NCBI GenBank assembly: GCA_030018415.1
Contig: JASEGC010000001.1
Span: 323,067 to 387,066 of the forward strand
Direction of reading: 5' to 3'
Source: Candidatus Aenigmatarchaeota archaeon
GTDB lineage: Archaea; Aenigmatarchaeota; Aenigmatarchaeia; CG10238-14
DNA: 64,000 nt
The position numbers were made by a program, and so were the translations under genes. This document shows, one piece after another, positions 42,085 through 51,239 of the stretch. How positions within the stretch are numbered: position 1 is the first letter of the stretch; each line of letters begins with the position of its first letter. The notes under the pieces were generated by a model. That model did no database searches and was not told the DNA's origin. It saw only the letters and a list, made by a program, of their open reading frames with translations.

Positions 42085-43002
42085 TTAAGTCAAAGGCTTC
42101 TTAACGGTTATGCCTGTTGAACTGTCTACACGCCAATCGTAGTTGAAGCCCAAAGCTATGCTGAAATCCTGTTTATTCAGGATATCTGTTTTACCGAGAG
42201 TAAGAGTGCATGAAAAGCTTGCTGTTTTTCCAGCTGATAATCTTATTCCTTTCGTTTTTACTTCGTCTGGACATGATATTGTTATTCCAGTTGAACTCTT
42301 CTCTGAGATGAGTTTTATCACATCTTTAGGCTCTCCACTACCGACGTTATTTATGTCAACTCTTATAGTGTAATTTATCTGGGCTGGATCAATCACAAAG
42401 GGTCTCTCCCTTACTCCGGCATAGAGTTTTACTGCTATTGGACCACCAGTCTGACGTAATTGTGTTACGCCAGCTTTGGTAGATAAAGCCTCCTTTTCTG
42501 ATTTAGATAAACGATTCCAGTAGTCTTTCGAAACAAACGTTAATATACCTGAAACATCTGTCAAATAATTATACTCAACTCTCACGTCAAAACTGTAAGT
42601 AGTATCAGCTTTTATACCGGTTGGGGCTTTGAAAGTCCAGAAATAAGTTGCAATTTCTCCAGGAATGCCTTCTTCAGGCGGGAGTAGTTGACTTATTCCC
42701 TCTTCAGAAAATCGAAAACTTAGCTTTCCCTGTGCTACTTGCCAATCATACTCACCGGGCGGTTCCGCAAAAGTTACACCGTAGAGGCTTACGTTGATGT
42801 CTGAAGCCTTAGCTCCACCCACATTTTGAACTTCCAAGTATAGATTAACAGTGTCGCCAGCCATGATTTTATTAGCGTCAGGAGAAAAATCTGGTATGAT
42901 CAAACCATTCATTCCTACGGGTATTTCTTTTGGTTGTGTACCAAGGCATCCAGAAGCTAAGACAACGCCAATCAGCATCAACAAAAGCAAAATTCTTTTC
43001 AT
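42085..43002 (-). CDS. Putative lipoprotein with Ig-like domains
   Basis: Lipobox LASGC; VQNVGG and INNVGSG beta-rich motifs. Confidence 0.7.
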   Translation of the reverse strand: MKRILLLLMLIGVVLASGCLGTQPKEIPVGMNGLIIPDFSPDANKIMAGDTVNLYLEVQNVGGAKASDINVSLYGVTFAEPPGEYDWQVAQGKLSFRFSEEGISQLLPPEEGIPGEIATYFWTFKAPTGIKADTTYSFDVRVEYNYLTDVSGILTFVSKDYWNRLSKSEKEALSTKAGVTQLRQTGGPIAVKLYAGVRERPFVIDPAQINYTIRVDINNVGSGEPKDVIKLISEKSSTGITISCPDEVKTKGIRLSAGKTASFSCTLTLGKTDILNKQDFSIALGFNYDWRVDSSTGITVKKPLT

Positions 43003-43056
43003 TGTAATTCACTCATATTTTTACTTAATATTTTATGGATTCTATAATTTAAAGTT

Positions 43057-43422
43057 TCACACTCTGATACAATTCATACAATTCATAGCTATTAAAACTG
43101 TTATTATTAATAATATCAACAGAACAATCCAGATCTTCCTCTCTTTTCTGGTTTCAAACAACCATATTATGAACCCAAACCAGATGGCAAAATAAGCGAC
43201 TAAAGGAAGGTTGAATTTTAAAACCAATTCAAAGATATTGTATCCCTCAGCATAAAAAGCAGATTCTAAGCCAGCAAAAGAACTTGCTAAGAACAGACAA
43301 CCCCAGATTAATAACAACCTAGATTTCTTCTTTTCTTTTTCTAAAAAAACCCCCAGAGTGAACAAAAAACAAGACATCACCCCAGCAATCAAAGAATAAG
43401 ACAGAGCTAGGTTCGAAAACAT
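43057..43422 (-). CDS. Hypothetical membrane protein
   Basis: Four hydrophobic segments; start 43422 avoids overlap with the divergent gene. Confidence 0.6.
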   Translation of the reverse strand: MFSNLALSYSLIAGVMSCFLFTLGVFLEKEKKKSRLLLIWGCLFLASSFAGLESAFYAEGYNIFELVLKFNLPLVAYFAIWFGFIIWLFETRKERKIWIVLLILLIITVLIAMNCMNCIRV

Positions 43423-43479
43423 CTTCCCATTACTAATATTCTCTATTGAATTTATATCTGATTCTTCAAAATCTTTCTC

Positions 43480-44241
43480 ATGAACTTTCAGGATTTGTTT
43501 TATCATTATTTTTTTGAGACTGGTTACAACCCTGTGAATACCGTTACTTATGCGATCATTCTTATTGCATCTGTTTACACCGTTTACAAGATATTGAAAA
43601 AATTAAAAGTCAAGATCGATAGAAGGCTTGCCTTAGCAGTATCACCTTTTGTTGTTCTTGGCAGCTCGATCAGAGTGTTAGAAGATGCTCAAATCATATC
43701 TGGATGGATTTTCTTCACACCAGGAATCTATTTCTTGATTTTTTTTATGACATTCCTCACTCTTTTGATATCCTTAACCTTAGAAAGAAAATTTCATATT
43801 TCTTACTACAAACTCATGTTCGTCGTTGGGATCGTTCTAGTCAGTCCAGTACTAGGAATTCTCAAATACAGAAATTTTTTTGGTGTTGGCTATGTTCTAC
43901 TTTACTTCATACCTTGGATAATTTTTTTGAAGATAATCCCTTGGTTGAAAGAGAATAAAATTGTTACTGGTATACATGTTTTTGATGGAACTGTCACTTC
44001 TGTTGCGATGAATTATTTCGGTTACTATGAACAGCATGTCCTGCCAAGATACATTATCGATTTGGTTGGGACGCCTTTATCATTCGTTTTCTTGAAATTC
44101 ATACTAATTCTTATCATACTGGTCTTCATCGATAGATATTCTAAGGATAAAGAATTCAACAATTATTTAAAATTGATGATAGGAATATTGGGTGCGGCAA
44201 CTGGAATAAGAGATTTTATCAGCTTATTTTGTTTGACTTAA
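43480..44241 (+). CDS. DUF63-family membrane protein
   Basis: GYNPVNT, RVLED, TPGIY, HVFDG, YYEQHVL and GIRD motifs. Confidence 0.8.
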   Translation: MNFQDLFYHYFFETGYNPVNTVTYAIILIASVYTVYKILKKLKVKIDRRLALAVSPFVVLGSSIRVLEDAQIISGWIFFTPGIYFLIFFMTFLTLLISLTLERKFHISYYKLMFVVGIVLVSPVLGILKYRNFFGVGYVLLYFIPWIIFLKIIPWLKENKIVTGIHVFDGTVTSVAMNYFGYYEQHVLPRYIIDLVGTPLSFVFLKFILILIILVFIDRYSKDKEFNNYLKLMIGILGAATGIRDFISLFCLT

Positions 44242-45347
44242 GGTTGTCTATAAAATATTGTTATCTTCGCTTTTTCTATTTTGTAAGTAGTTCCGATCTC
44301 TGTGGAGAATGAGATAGTGTTTTCCCCGCTGACCAAACCGACATCAACATACTCAAACTTCAAAGAAACACGGCCCGTAGTCTTACCTTCGTATACCTTC
44401 CGGTCGTTTATCTTAACTGTGAGATAACCATCTCCTCCCACGCTTTCAACGTAGAATTCAACCCTACCTTCTTTGAAGTTGATTATCTCGTCCCTAGACA
44501 CAGTGAATACTTCTTTCTTTTCCAGATTACCGAAAAAGTTTATACCGAATTCAACTTTATCGATTTTATAGATGCTATCAACCCAGAATTTCCAACCCGG
44601 GACAGATGTGCTTATTTCTATCACGTTGTATTCGCTCAAATATTCTCTATCGATCGGTATCCTTATCCTTCCTGGTAACACTTTTTGATTGAAGATAACT
44701 TGGTTGTTGAATTTTATGATCAGATTACCTTCGCTGTTTGTATAATAAATATCGATGATGATGAAACCATCTGTCACCAAATTCATATCTCTTTCTATAG
44801 CCCCGCCCATGTTAACTTTTTTATCTTTACTGACTTCTACATTAGTCTTACTTCTAACCGTTTCTGAGCCGGCAGCATAGGTTACTGTGAAATCGCCGAT
44901 GTAATGGGAGCGTGAGAATTCTTCAACTTTTTCAACTTCTCTGATGACAGTAACAGTTAGCGAAACAATGGCTTTACCGCCTTCAGCAGACTCAACTTCT
45001 ATCGTGCCATAATAGTCTCTTTCCTCCGTGTCATAAGGAACGGTAACAGTCACTTTAACACTCGACAAACCAGCAGATTCAAAGTTATTGTTGCTGAACT
45101 TTATCCAATTGCTTATGATGCCTTTAGCCTTCAATGTAACTAAATCTGAAGTAACGTTTATCTGAAGGAAAAAACTCTCTGTTTCGCCTCTCTTGATGGT
45201 TAAGGATTGAGAAGTCGGTGAAACAACAGGAATCTGTATTTCTGTAGGCACGCCCCACATCAAAAACATGACGATGATTATTAACAACCCTGCAATGAGG
45301 ACAAAAGCAAACTCATCTATTTTCCCTGCTCCCTTCATTCTGTCCAT
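44238..45347 (-). CDS. Membrane-anchored beta-rich surface protein
   Basis: N-terminal TM followed by a beta-strand-rich domain. Confidence 0.65.
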   Translation of the reverse strand: MDRMKGAGKIDEFAFVLIAGLLIIIVMFLMWGVPTEIQIPVVSPTSQSLTIKRGETESFFLQINVTSDLVTLKAKGIISNWIKFSNNNFESAGLSSVKVTVTVPYDTEERDYYGTIEVESAEGGKAIVSLTVTVIREVEKVEEFSRSHYIGDFTVTYAAGSETVRSKTNVEVSKDKKVNMGGAIERDMNLVTDGFIIIDIYYTNSEGNLIIKFNNQVIFNQKVLPGRIRIPIDREYLSEYNVIEISTSVPGWKFWVDSIYKIDKVEFGINFFGNLEKKEVFTVSRDEIINFKEGRVEFYVESVGGDGYLTVKINDRKVYEGKTTGRVSLKFEYVDVGLVSGENTISFSTEIGTTYKIEKAKITIFYRQP

Positions 45348-45506
45348 AATCTTCTTTTGATTTGTGTACTAATATCTTTTATCACTCAATTAAAATTCAA
45401 AAAAGATTATAAATTTTAGCGATTTTGGTTCTGTTAATTTATCGGGTGTTTTGACCTCAAAACAATGAGTGTTAAGTTATCGAGGGGCACAAAATATTTT
45501 TAAAAA

Positions 45507-45662
45507 TTAAGGTAATGGTATCCCTACACTCTCTGGAACAGGTGGAGGCTCTATAAGTTGAGGTCCCAAAAATTGATTAAAAAATATACTAATAATGAAG
45601 ATTATTATTAAAATAATTATAATAAACAAAATTATTTTCTGTATATTTTTTGCTTTTCTCAT
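45507..45662 (-). CDS. 51-aa single-TM microprotein
   Basis: GGTGAG RBS; MRKAKNIQKIILFIIIILIIIFIISIFFNQFLGPQLIEPPPVPESVGIPLP. Confidence 0.6.
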   Translation of the reverse strand: MRKAKNIQKIILFIIIILIIIFIISIFFNQFLGPQLIEPPPVPESVGIPLP

Positions 45663-45672
45663 TCTACTCACC

Positions 45673-47007
45673 TCATCCAGGAACTGGCGGTCCTCCTACT
45701 TCATATTCTAATCTACAATCTTGATCAACTTTGATGAAGTATCCTTTAGTAGGTTCAAGTAGTGTTGGATTATCCCATCCTCTTTTCAATGGATTATATC
45801 TCCACAATTCATACCCCTGATATTTTATGACATGATTCTTACAAGTTCCTAAAATATCTGCCAAATAACCATCACCAGATATCATATTCCAACCTCTATA
45901 AAGTTGCTTAGAAGTAAAGGTGTATTTTGTTTCGTAAAATGACGCTCTACATTCATTATTAGAATAAACATAAACTCCATCATTTGGGATGTAATTCGGA
46001 TGAGTCCATCCATTTAAAGGATCGTAATGCCATGTTTTGAAACCTTTATACGAAATTAAATCACAACCAGCATTTTCAATATCCGTTATTAACATCGTTC
46101 TTTGTATTGATGATGAAATCATATTCCAACCTTTGTATAATTTTATTTCGAATGATTCTTCTGCAGGTATAGTTGTTGTCATTTCTATAACTGTATAGAA
46201 TCCTTGACCAATGACAACTATATCAGTAGGGAAAGTTCCAGGGGGGACGCTTGCTGCAGAAAGATCAATGATATATTCTCTTAACTCAGCATCAGTTGGA
46301 GATTTTACCTTTAAAGTAAATGATTTAGATTCTCCTGGCCAAAGAGTGATTTGAGAAGGGAAATCAGTAATAATCCACCCTTTTTGATATCTTTGAAGAC
46401 TAACATCTAAGTAAAAAGTCCCTTCACCACATGCTTCTTCATTGTTGTTTGTGATGGAAATTGTATAAGTCAAAGCTTCGCCTCTCCTACCTTCCTGAGA
46501 TTTTGGAGAGAATACGGCATATAAATTTGCAGCATGACATGTTGGAATAACTTTATAGAAGCCCTGACCAATAACATAGTAGGTTGATGGGCCAGTACCG
46601 ATTTCATAACCTGGAGCTAATAAAGCTGCTGCGAGATCGATGATATACGAATATGATAAGTATTCGGCAGTGGTAGAAGATCTTACAGATAAAGTAAAAG
46701 ATGTTGACTGACCTGGTGATAGTGTGACTGAAGAAGGCAAACCAGTAATGGTCCATCCAGTTCCATATCTTTGGAGATTAGCGGTTAGGTAAAAGGTTCC
46801 TGTGCCACATGTAGCATCATTGTTATTCTGAATGGTAACCAAGTAATTTAGAGTTTCACCTCTTGTGCCGTTCTGTTCTCTGGGTGAAAAAGTTGCAACA
46901 AGGTTTGAAGCATGACATGTTTGAGCTGCAACCATTGGAATTAAACTTATAGTCCCAATACTAACGATTGTTATAAATAAAATAAGGCTTATCAATAGCT
47001 TCTTCAT
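45673..47007 (-). CDS. Secreted protein with two Ig-like repeats and GWNMIS repeats
   Basis: Signal peptide; duplicated TCHAxNL...IGQGFY units; two LYxGWNMIS motifs. Confidence 0.75.
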   Translation of the reverse strand: MKKLLISLILFITIVSIGTISLIPMVAAQTCHASNLVATFSPREQNGTRGETLNYLVTIQNNNDATCGTGTFYLTANLQRYGTGWTITGLPSSVTLSPGQSTSFTLSVRSSTTAEYLSYSYIIDLAAALLAPGYEIGTGPSTYYVIGQGFYKVIPTCHAANLYAVFSPKSQEGRRGEALTYTISITNNNEEACGEGTFYLDVSLQRYQKGWIITDFPSQITLWPGESKSFTLKVKSPTDAELREYIIDLSAASVPPGTFPTDIVVIGQGFYTVIEMTTTIPAEESFEIKLYKGWNMISSSIQRTMLITDIENAGCDLISYKGFKTWHYDPLNGWTHPNYIPNDGVYVYSNNECRASFYETKYTFTSKQLYRGWNMISGDGYLADILGTCKNHVIKYQGYELWRYNPLKRGWDNPTLLEPTKGYFIKVDQDCRLEYEVGGPPVPG

Positions 47008-47080
47008 AAATATTAATTCAATATAATTGAATTTAAATATGACGCATGTATGTATTTAGAACGATTTTATCTCATTAAAT

Positions 47081-47488
47081 TCAAATGTTTCTGATCATTG
47101 GGATGATTGAATGTACATTTTTCTGAAATAGTGAAAATGTATCTTGGAAATAAATCTTTATAGAATTCTCAAATTCAACCGCTTTATCATAAGTTTTGAA
47201 TTCTGTCTTCATTCCTTCAGGATTCTTGATTTCTCTATTGTCAGGAGAAAACACTCGTACTACATATGAAATTTTTGGATAAGTTATTCTTCTGTATTTA
47301 CGTTTTTCTTTTCTTCTTATTCCCAGTTCCCATGGATATTTTCTCTCTTCTATTTGTCCATTATTTTCACTATTAACAGCAAGATTGATGAGCTCAATCC
47401 ATCTATTTCCTCCATTCAGTTGTAAATTAATCCCAGCTTCTTGAGCTGGTGTGTTTCCATTAAGAGACATGTGAGGTCGAATGTAATC
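47081..47488 (-). pseudogene. Truncated integrase-core/IS6-like transposase remnant
   Basis: YIRPHMSLNGNTPAQEAGI C-terminal motif with no DDE core upstream. Confidence 0.6.
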
Positions 47489-47685
47489 TTCGTGGAGAAG
47501 GAAAAATTAAAGGAAAGTTTATTGGTCCTGGAAAAGGAGTTTGGATCTGGTGGAAAAAAGACGCCTTTTGATTAATTAAATTCTTGTTCTTACAGTTATT
47601 TCTGATGATCTTCTACCACTCGAAGAGTTAACAAACTTATTTTAATTGATTCACCACTCTATAAATTAACAGAACCGCGATTTTT

Positions 47686-48717
47686 ATGGAAATCATCAAG
47701 TTCAACATAAAGAAAGGGTTTGTGGTCGTTAAAATCAACGTAAACGATGACCTATGGTATTTAGAGAGTGTAATAGAACCAGGAGATTTGATTAAAAGTA
47801 AAACTTTGAGGAGTTTATTCGTGGAGAGAGAGGGTAGAAAGATTAAGGCAGAGAAGAAGCCAATGACACTGAAGGTTGAGGTGGAGAAGATCGAGTTTAA
47901 TGAATTCGCGAACCAGTTGCGTTTGAACGGAAAGATAGTAGAAGGGCCTGAGGACATTCAATTAGGCTCTTACCATACTATAGAAGTTAAACTCGGCACG
48001 ATTTTAACAATCTACAAGAAAGAATGGAAACAGTATCAAATAGACAAATTAAAGAAAGCTCAGATCACGATGCCAGATGTCCTGATTTCGGTTGTAGATT
48101 CAGATCAAGCAACTTTCGGTTTATTGAAAAGAAGCGGTGTGGAAATCTTATCAGAGTTGAGAAACCCCCATTCAATTCAAGAAGAAGATAAGCTGCTAGA
48201 ATTCTACAAAAAAATAGCTTCTGAAATAAACAAGTTCTCCCAGAATATCAGTAGTATAGTTTTAGCAGGCCCAGGGTTCACGAAAGAACATGTTCAGAAG
48301 GTTATTCAAGAGGATTATCCGAACATACACAAAAAATTGATAATCGACACGACAACATCAGCAACTAAGGCAGGAATAAATGAAATATTGAGGAGAGGAA
48401 CTTTAAACAAAGTGATAAAAGAGAGTGAGGTAGTGAAGGAAAGTCAAATCATACAAGAATTCTTTATCCATCTTCAAAAAGATGATGGCTTGTCTGTCTA
48501 TGGATTAGAACAAATAAAAGATGCTGACAGTGCTGGTGCTATAAAAACTCTACTAGTCTCGGACGAGAACATAAGGAAAGACGAAATCGACCAACTTGCT
48601 GGACGAGTAGAACAGAAAAAAGGTCAAGTTGAAATAATATCAAAGACGCATGAGCTTGGAGAACAGTTTCATAGAATGGGTGGATTAGGAGCGATATTGA
48701 GGTTTAGAATTTATTAA
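47686..48717 (+). CDS. pelA: mRNA surveillance protein pelota
   Basis: DDLWYL, GSYHTIEV, LAGPGF and GGLGAILRF motifs. Confidence 0.95.
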   Translation: MEIIKFNIKKGFVVVKINVNDDLWYLESVIEPGDLIKSKTLRSLFVEREGRKIKAEKKPMTLKVEVEKIEFNEFANQLRLNGKIVEGPEDIQLGSYHTIEVKLGTILTIYKKEWKQYQIDKLKKAQITMPDVLISVVDSDQATFGLLKRSGVEILSELRNPHSIQEEDKLLEFYKKIASEINKFSQNISSIVLAGPGFTKEHVQKVIQEDYPNIHKKLIIDTTTSATKAGINEILRRGTLNKVIKESEVVKESQIIQEFFIHLQKDDGLSVYGLEQIKDADSAGAIKTLLVSDENIRKDEIDQLAGRVEQKKGQVEIISKTHELGEQFHRMGGLGAILRFRIY

Positions 48718-48743
48718 GGAATTAATATTACTCCTGTGGCAAA

Positions 48744-49286
48744 CTACAAAGTCAAACGTTTAATACCATAATATGTAACGCATGATTCACCATCAACAAC
48801 TGCCCAGATCATCTCACTCCTAATGTTTTGTGCAAGCCTAACAGCTCTTGATAATTCTGGAAAGGAACAAGAAAATTCTTCAGGAATTGCATGAGCAACG
48901 AATTTTGTGTGCTCAAAGGCGGCTTTAGGTCCTTTCTTTAATTTAACTCCCCTCTCGTAAATTCTAAAATCTGTCCCGAATTTAAACCCAGTCTTTACGA
49001 GAAAACCCCTATCTCTCAAGTCAGTATAAACAACCAATCTTGCATGAAAGTTTCTCTCGTTTTTGACACAATACTCATACAATTCCTCTTTCGATAATTT
49101 TTTTTTCTCATTTTCTTCTTTAACAAAAACGGCTAATTTTCCTTTATTGAACAGAAACATTGCTTCTACTAAGGTTAACTCAAGTCTATCCTCTAAAACT
49201 TTCCCGTATCCAGATTCTTCTAACTCACTAAATGCTTCTTTATCCCAAATGATCACACGCTGTTCTAACAACTCTCCTTCTAACAT
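48744..49286 (-). CDS. endA: tRNA-intron (splicing) endonuclease subunit
   Basis: LTLVEAMFL, VYTDLRDRGFLVKTGFKFGTDFRIY and AVVDGESCVTYY motifs. Confidence 0.93.
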   Translation of the reverse strand: MLEGELLEQRVIIWDKEAFSELEESGYGKVLEDRLELTLVEAMFLFNKGKLAVFVKEENEKKKLSKEELYEYCVKNERNFHARLVVYTDLRDRGFLVKTGFKFGTDFRIYERGVKLKKGPKAAFEHTKFVAHAIPEEFSCSFPELSRAVRLAQNIRSEMIWAVVDGESCVTYYGIKRLTL

Positions 49287-49339
49287 AATGTCCTCTATAA
49301 TCTATTGCTAATTCATTGATAAATTTAAATTTTTATCTT

Positions 49340-49802
49340 AAACTTCACCAACACTATGTAAAAAGTATTCTGCAGACTATTTACCTACGTGTTTGAATCT
49401 TTTAACTAATTCGTTTATTCTTTTTTCTAACGATTCATTTTTCAATTTCTCTAAAAACTTCTTAAAAGATTCATATTCCTCAACAATTTTTTCAAACTGT
49501 TTAGAATTGTTAATGATAGCCTTAATCTTTCTTTCATTCCTTATCACATTCGGATTTTTTAGCAATAATTTCACATCCTTTGATTTTAACTCTACAATTT
49601 CATTTATCGAAAAATTGTGAAAAGCTTCTTTTATCTTTGGCCACTTCTTCCTGACCAAGCTCCAACTTAATCCGGATTGGAGGATTGTCAATGAAAGGAT
49701 TTCGAAGTATTCATCATCGCTAGAAGGCCCTTTCCCTGGCTTACAAACGTTAGAATCCTCTTTTGCATAAGTACATTCCCAAGGAGCGGTATGAACTTTC
49801 AT
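49340..49802 (-). pseudogene. DNA-3-methyladenine glycosylase I-like, premature TAG near C-terminus
   Basis: YFEILSLTILQSGLSW and IRNERKI motifs; frame continues KHVGK*SAEYFLHSVGEV. Confidence 0.7.
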
Positions 49803-50311
49803 AATCCTAATTGTAGTTTGCACATATAGCATAAATACTTTGTTTTCTTGTCTACATCCCCGACTGTGCTTGAAAAAGTCATTACACATCCTCTCTTATT
49901 GCAATGACCTAATCCGAGAGTATGACCGATTTCATGGATGCATTCTTTTATCGTCCTCTCCTCCACTAATTCTTTATCTTCAGGTTGATGCCAGAAAGTA
50001 GGGTCGAGTCTAGCTATAGATACGACAGAAACTCTTCCTTTCATCTTGGCTTGACCGAAAACGAAATTTAATCCTTCTGTATATAAATCTTCTTTCGTTA
50101 TACCCAATATTCTACCTTCAAAATTTCTCTCAAGAAATTCCAATACTTGATCGGAACGGTACTGATTTCTCAATTGATTAAAGGCAGATTTAGGTATTTT
50201 TTCTACTTGACTTATCTCACTGACCATTCGAAAAGTTGACTTTAACTCTTCTGCCACTTTTTCTAGAATTTCTTTTTGGACTTCACCTAAGGGGATTATC
50301 TTCAGTCTAAT
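49799..50311 (-). CDS. amzA: Archaemetzincin zinc metalloprotease
   Basis: RNQYRS, NFVFG and HEIGHTLGLGHC...CVM motifs; start uncertain (ATT 50311 or GTG 50257). Confidence 0.9.
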   Translation of the reverse strand: MRLKIIPLGEVQKEILEKVAEELKSTFRMVSEISQVEKIPKSAFNQLRNQYRSDQVLEFLERNFEGRILGITKEDLYTEGLNFVFGQAKMKGRVSVVSIARLDPTFWHQPEDKELVEERTIKECIHEIGHTLGLGHCNKRGCVMTFSSTVGDVDKKTKYLCYMCKLQLGL

Positions 50312-50357
50312 GCTTTACACCTAACTAATTTTAGGATTTTTAAAATAAAGAAACTTA

Positions 50358-50511
50358 TGGGAAGGGCGTGAATTTCAGGTTAATACCTTTTGAACACGCG
50401 ACATCTTAACCCTGCTTTTGGCAGTGCGGTCTTCAGCTTCGCCAGATGAGATCTTCGTGCGCTTACGAGAGACCTCTCCCGGACTGAGCTACCTATATGG
50501 CAATAGTTCCC
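50358..50511 (-). tRNA. tRNA-Phe(GAA) with five BHB introns
   Basis: Introns at 50495-50507, 50464-50475, 50438-50455, 50406-50425 and 50372-50388; removal gives a 74-nt cloverleaf with GAA anticodon, G20 and A73. Confidence 0.88.
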
Positions 50512-50555
50512 ATGGTTTACCTTCCCATTAACTAACTTATTATGAATAAAGTTCT

Positions 50556-51239
50556 TTAAATTTTACTCAACCTATACTTAATTCCTTCTATGATGATAAA
50601 GATTAAAATCCCAAAAAACATCCTTGTAAAGTGAGAGACACGTCCTTTTCTGTATTTTACGCTTACTGGAATTTGCTTAATCTTTATCTCATTCCGTATC
50701 GCATCTCCAAGCATGGCATTTTCAATGATGTATCCTCCACGAACTCTCCCGATTTTTTTAATAGCTTTTCTAGTTAAGCCAATGTAACCGCAATTAGTGT
50801 CTTTTAAATTTGTGTTAAAAAAGAGATTGAAAAGGATCCTCCAGACAAAATTCCCCATGGCATTCGCATAAGGAACCTTCTTCCAATTTCTATATCCCAT
50901 AACAAATTCTGCTTTTTTTTCCTGCAACGGTTTAACGATTTTAACTATTTCATCGATGTAATATTGTCTATCAGTGTCAGCGACAACGACTATATCAACT
51001 TCTGGATGTTGTTTAAGAAAGTACTCAAAACCGGTATTCAAAGCATCGCCTTTACCTTTGTTTATTTCATGTCTTAGGACTGTAACTCCAGCTTGCCTTG
51101 CTAGTTCATTCGTCCTATCAGTAGAACCGTCATCGACTACTAATATCTCAGAATTAGGGAGATACTTCTTCACGTCTTTTATGACTGTTCGGATGTTTTT
51201 TTCTTCGTTGTAAGCGGGTAATAAAACTCCTATCTTCAT
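50556..51239 (-). CDS. GT2 dolichol-phosphate glycosyltransferase-like
   Basis: LLPAYNEE, VDDGSTD, NKGKG and DTDRQY motifs; ATG 51239 overlaps the upstream stop. Confidence 0.88.
   Translation of the reverse strand: MKIGVLLPAYNEEKNIRTVIKDVKKYLPNSEILVVDDGSTDRTNELARQAGVTVLRHEINKGKGDALNTGFEYFLKQHPEVDIVVVADTDRQYYIDEIVKIVKPLQEKKAEFVMGYRNWKKVPYANAMGNFVWRILFNLFFNTNLKDTNCGYIGLTRKAIKKIGRVRGGYIIENAMLGDAIRNEIKIKQIPVSVKYRKGRVSHFTRMFFGILIFIIIEGIKYRLSKI

Noticed and set aside
48905-48960. EndA loop insertion as a BHB mRNA intron
   Set aside because: An AAAGG/CCTTT hairpin exists but there is no complementary 4-bp central helix
50508-50526. A sixth, nested 15-nt intron in tRNA-Phe
   Set aside because: The central helix would be ATGG/ATGG, which is not complementary; kept only as a leader duplication
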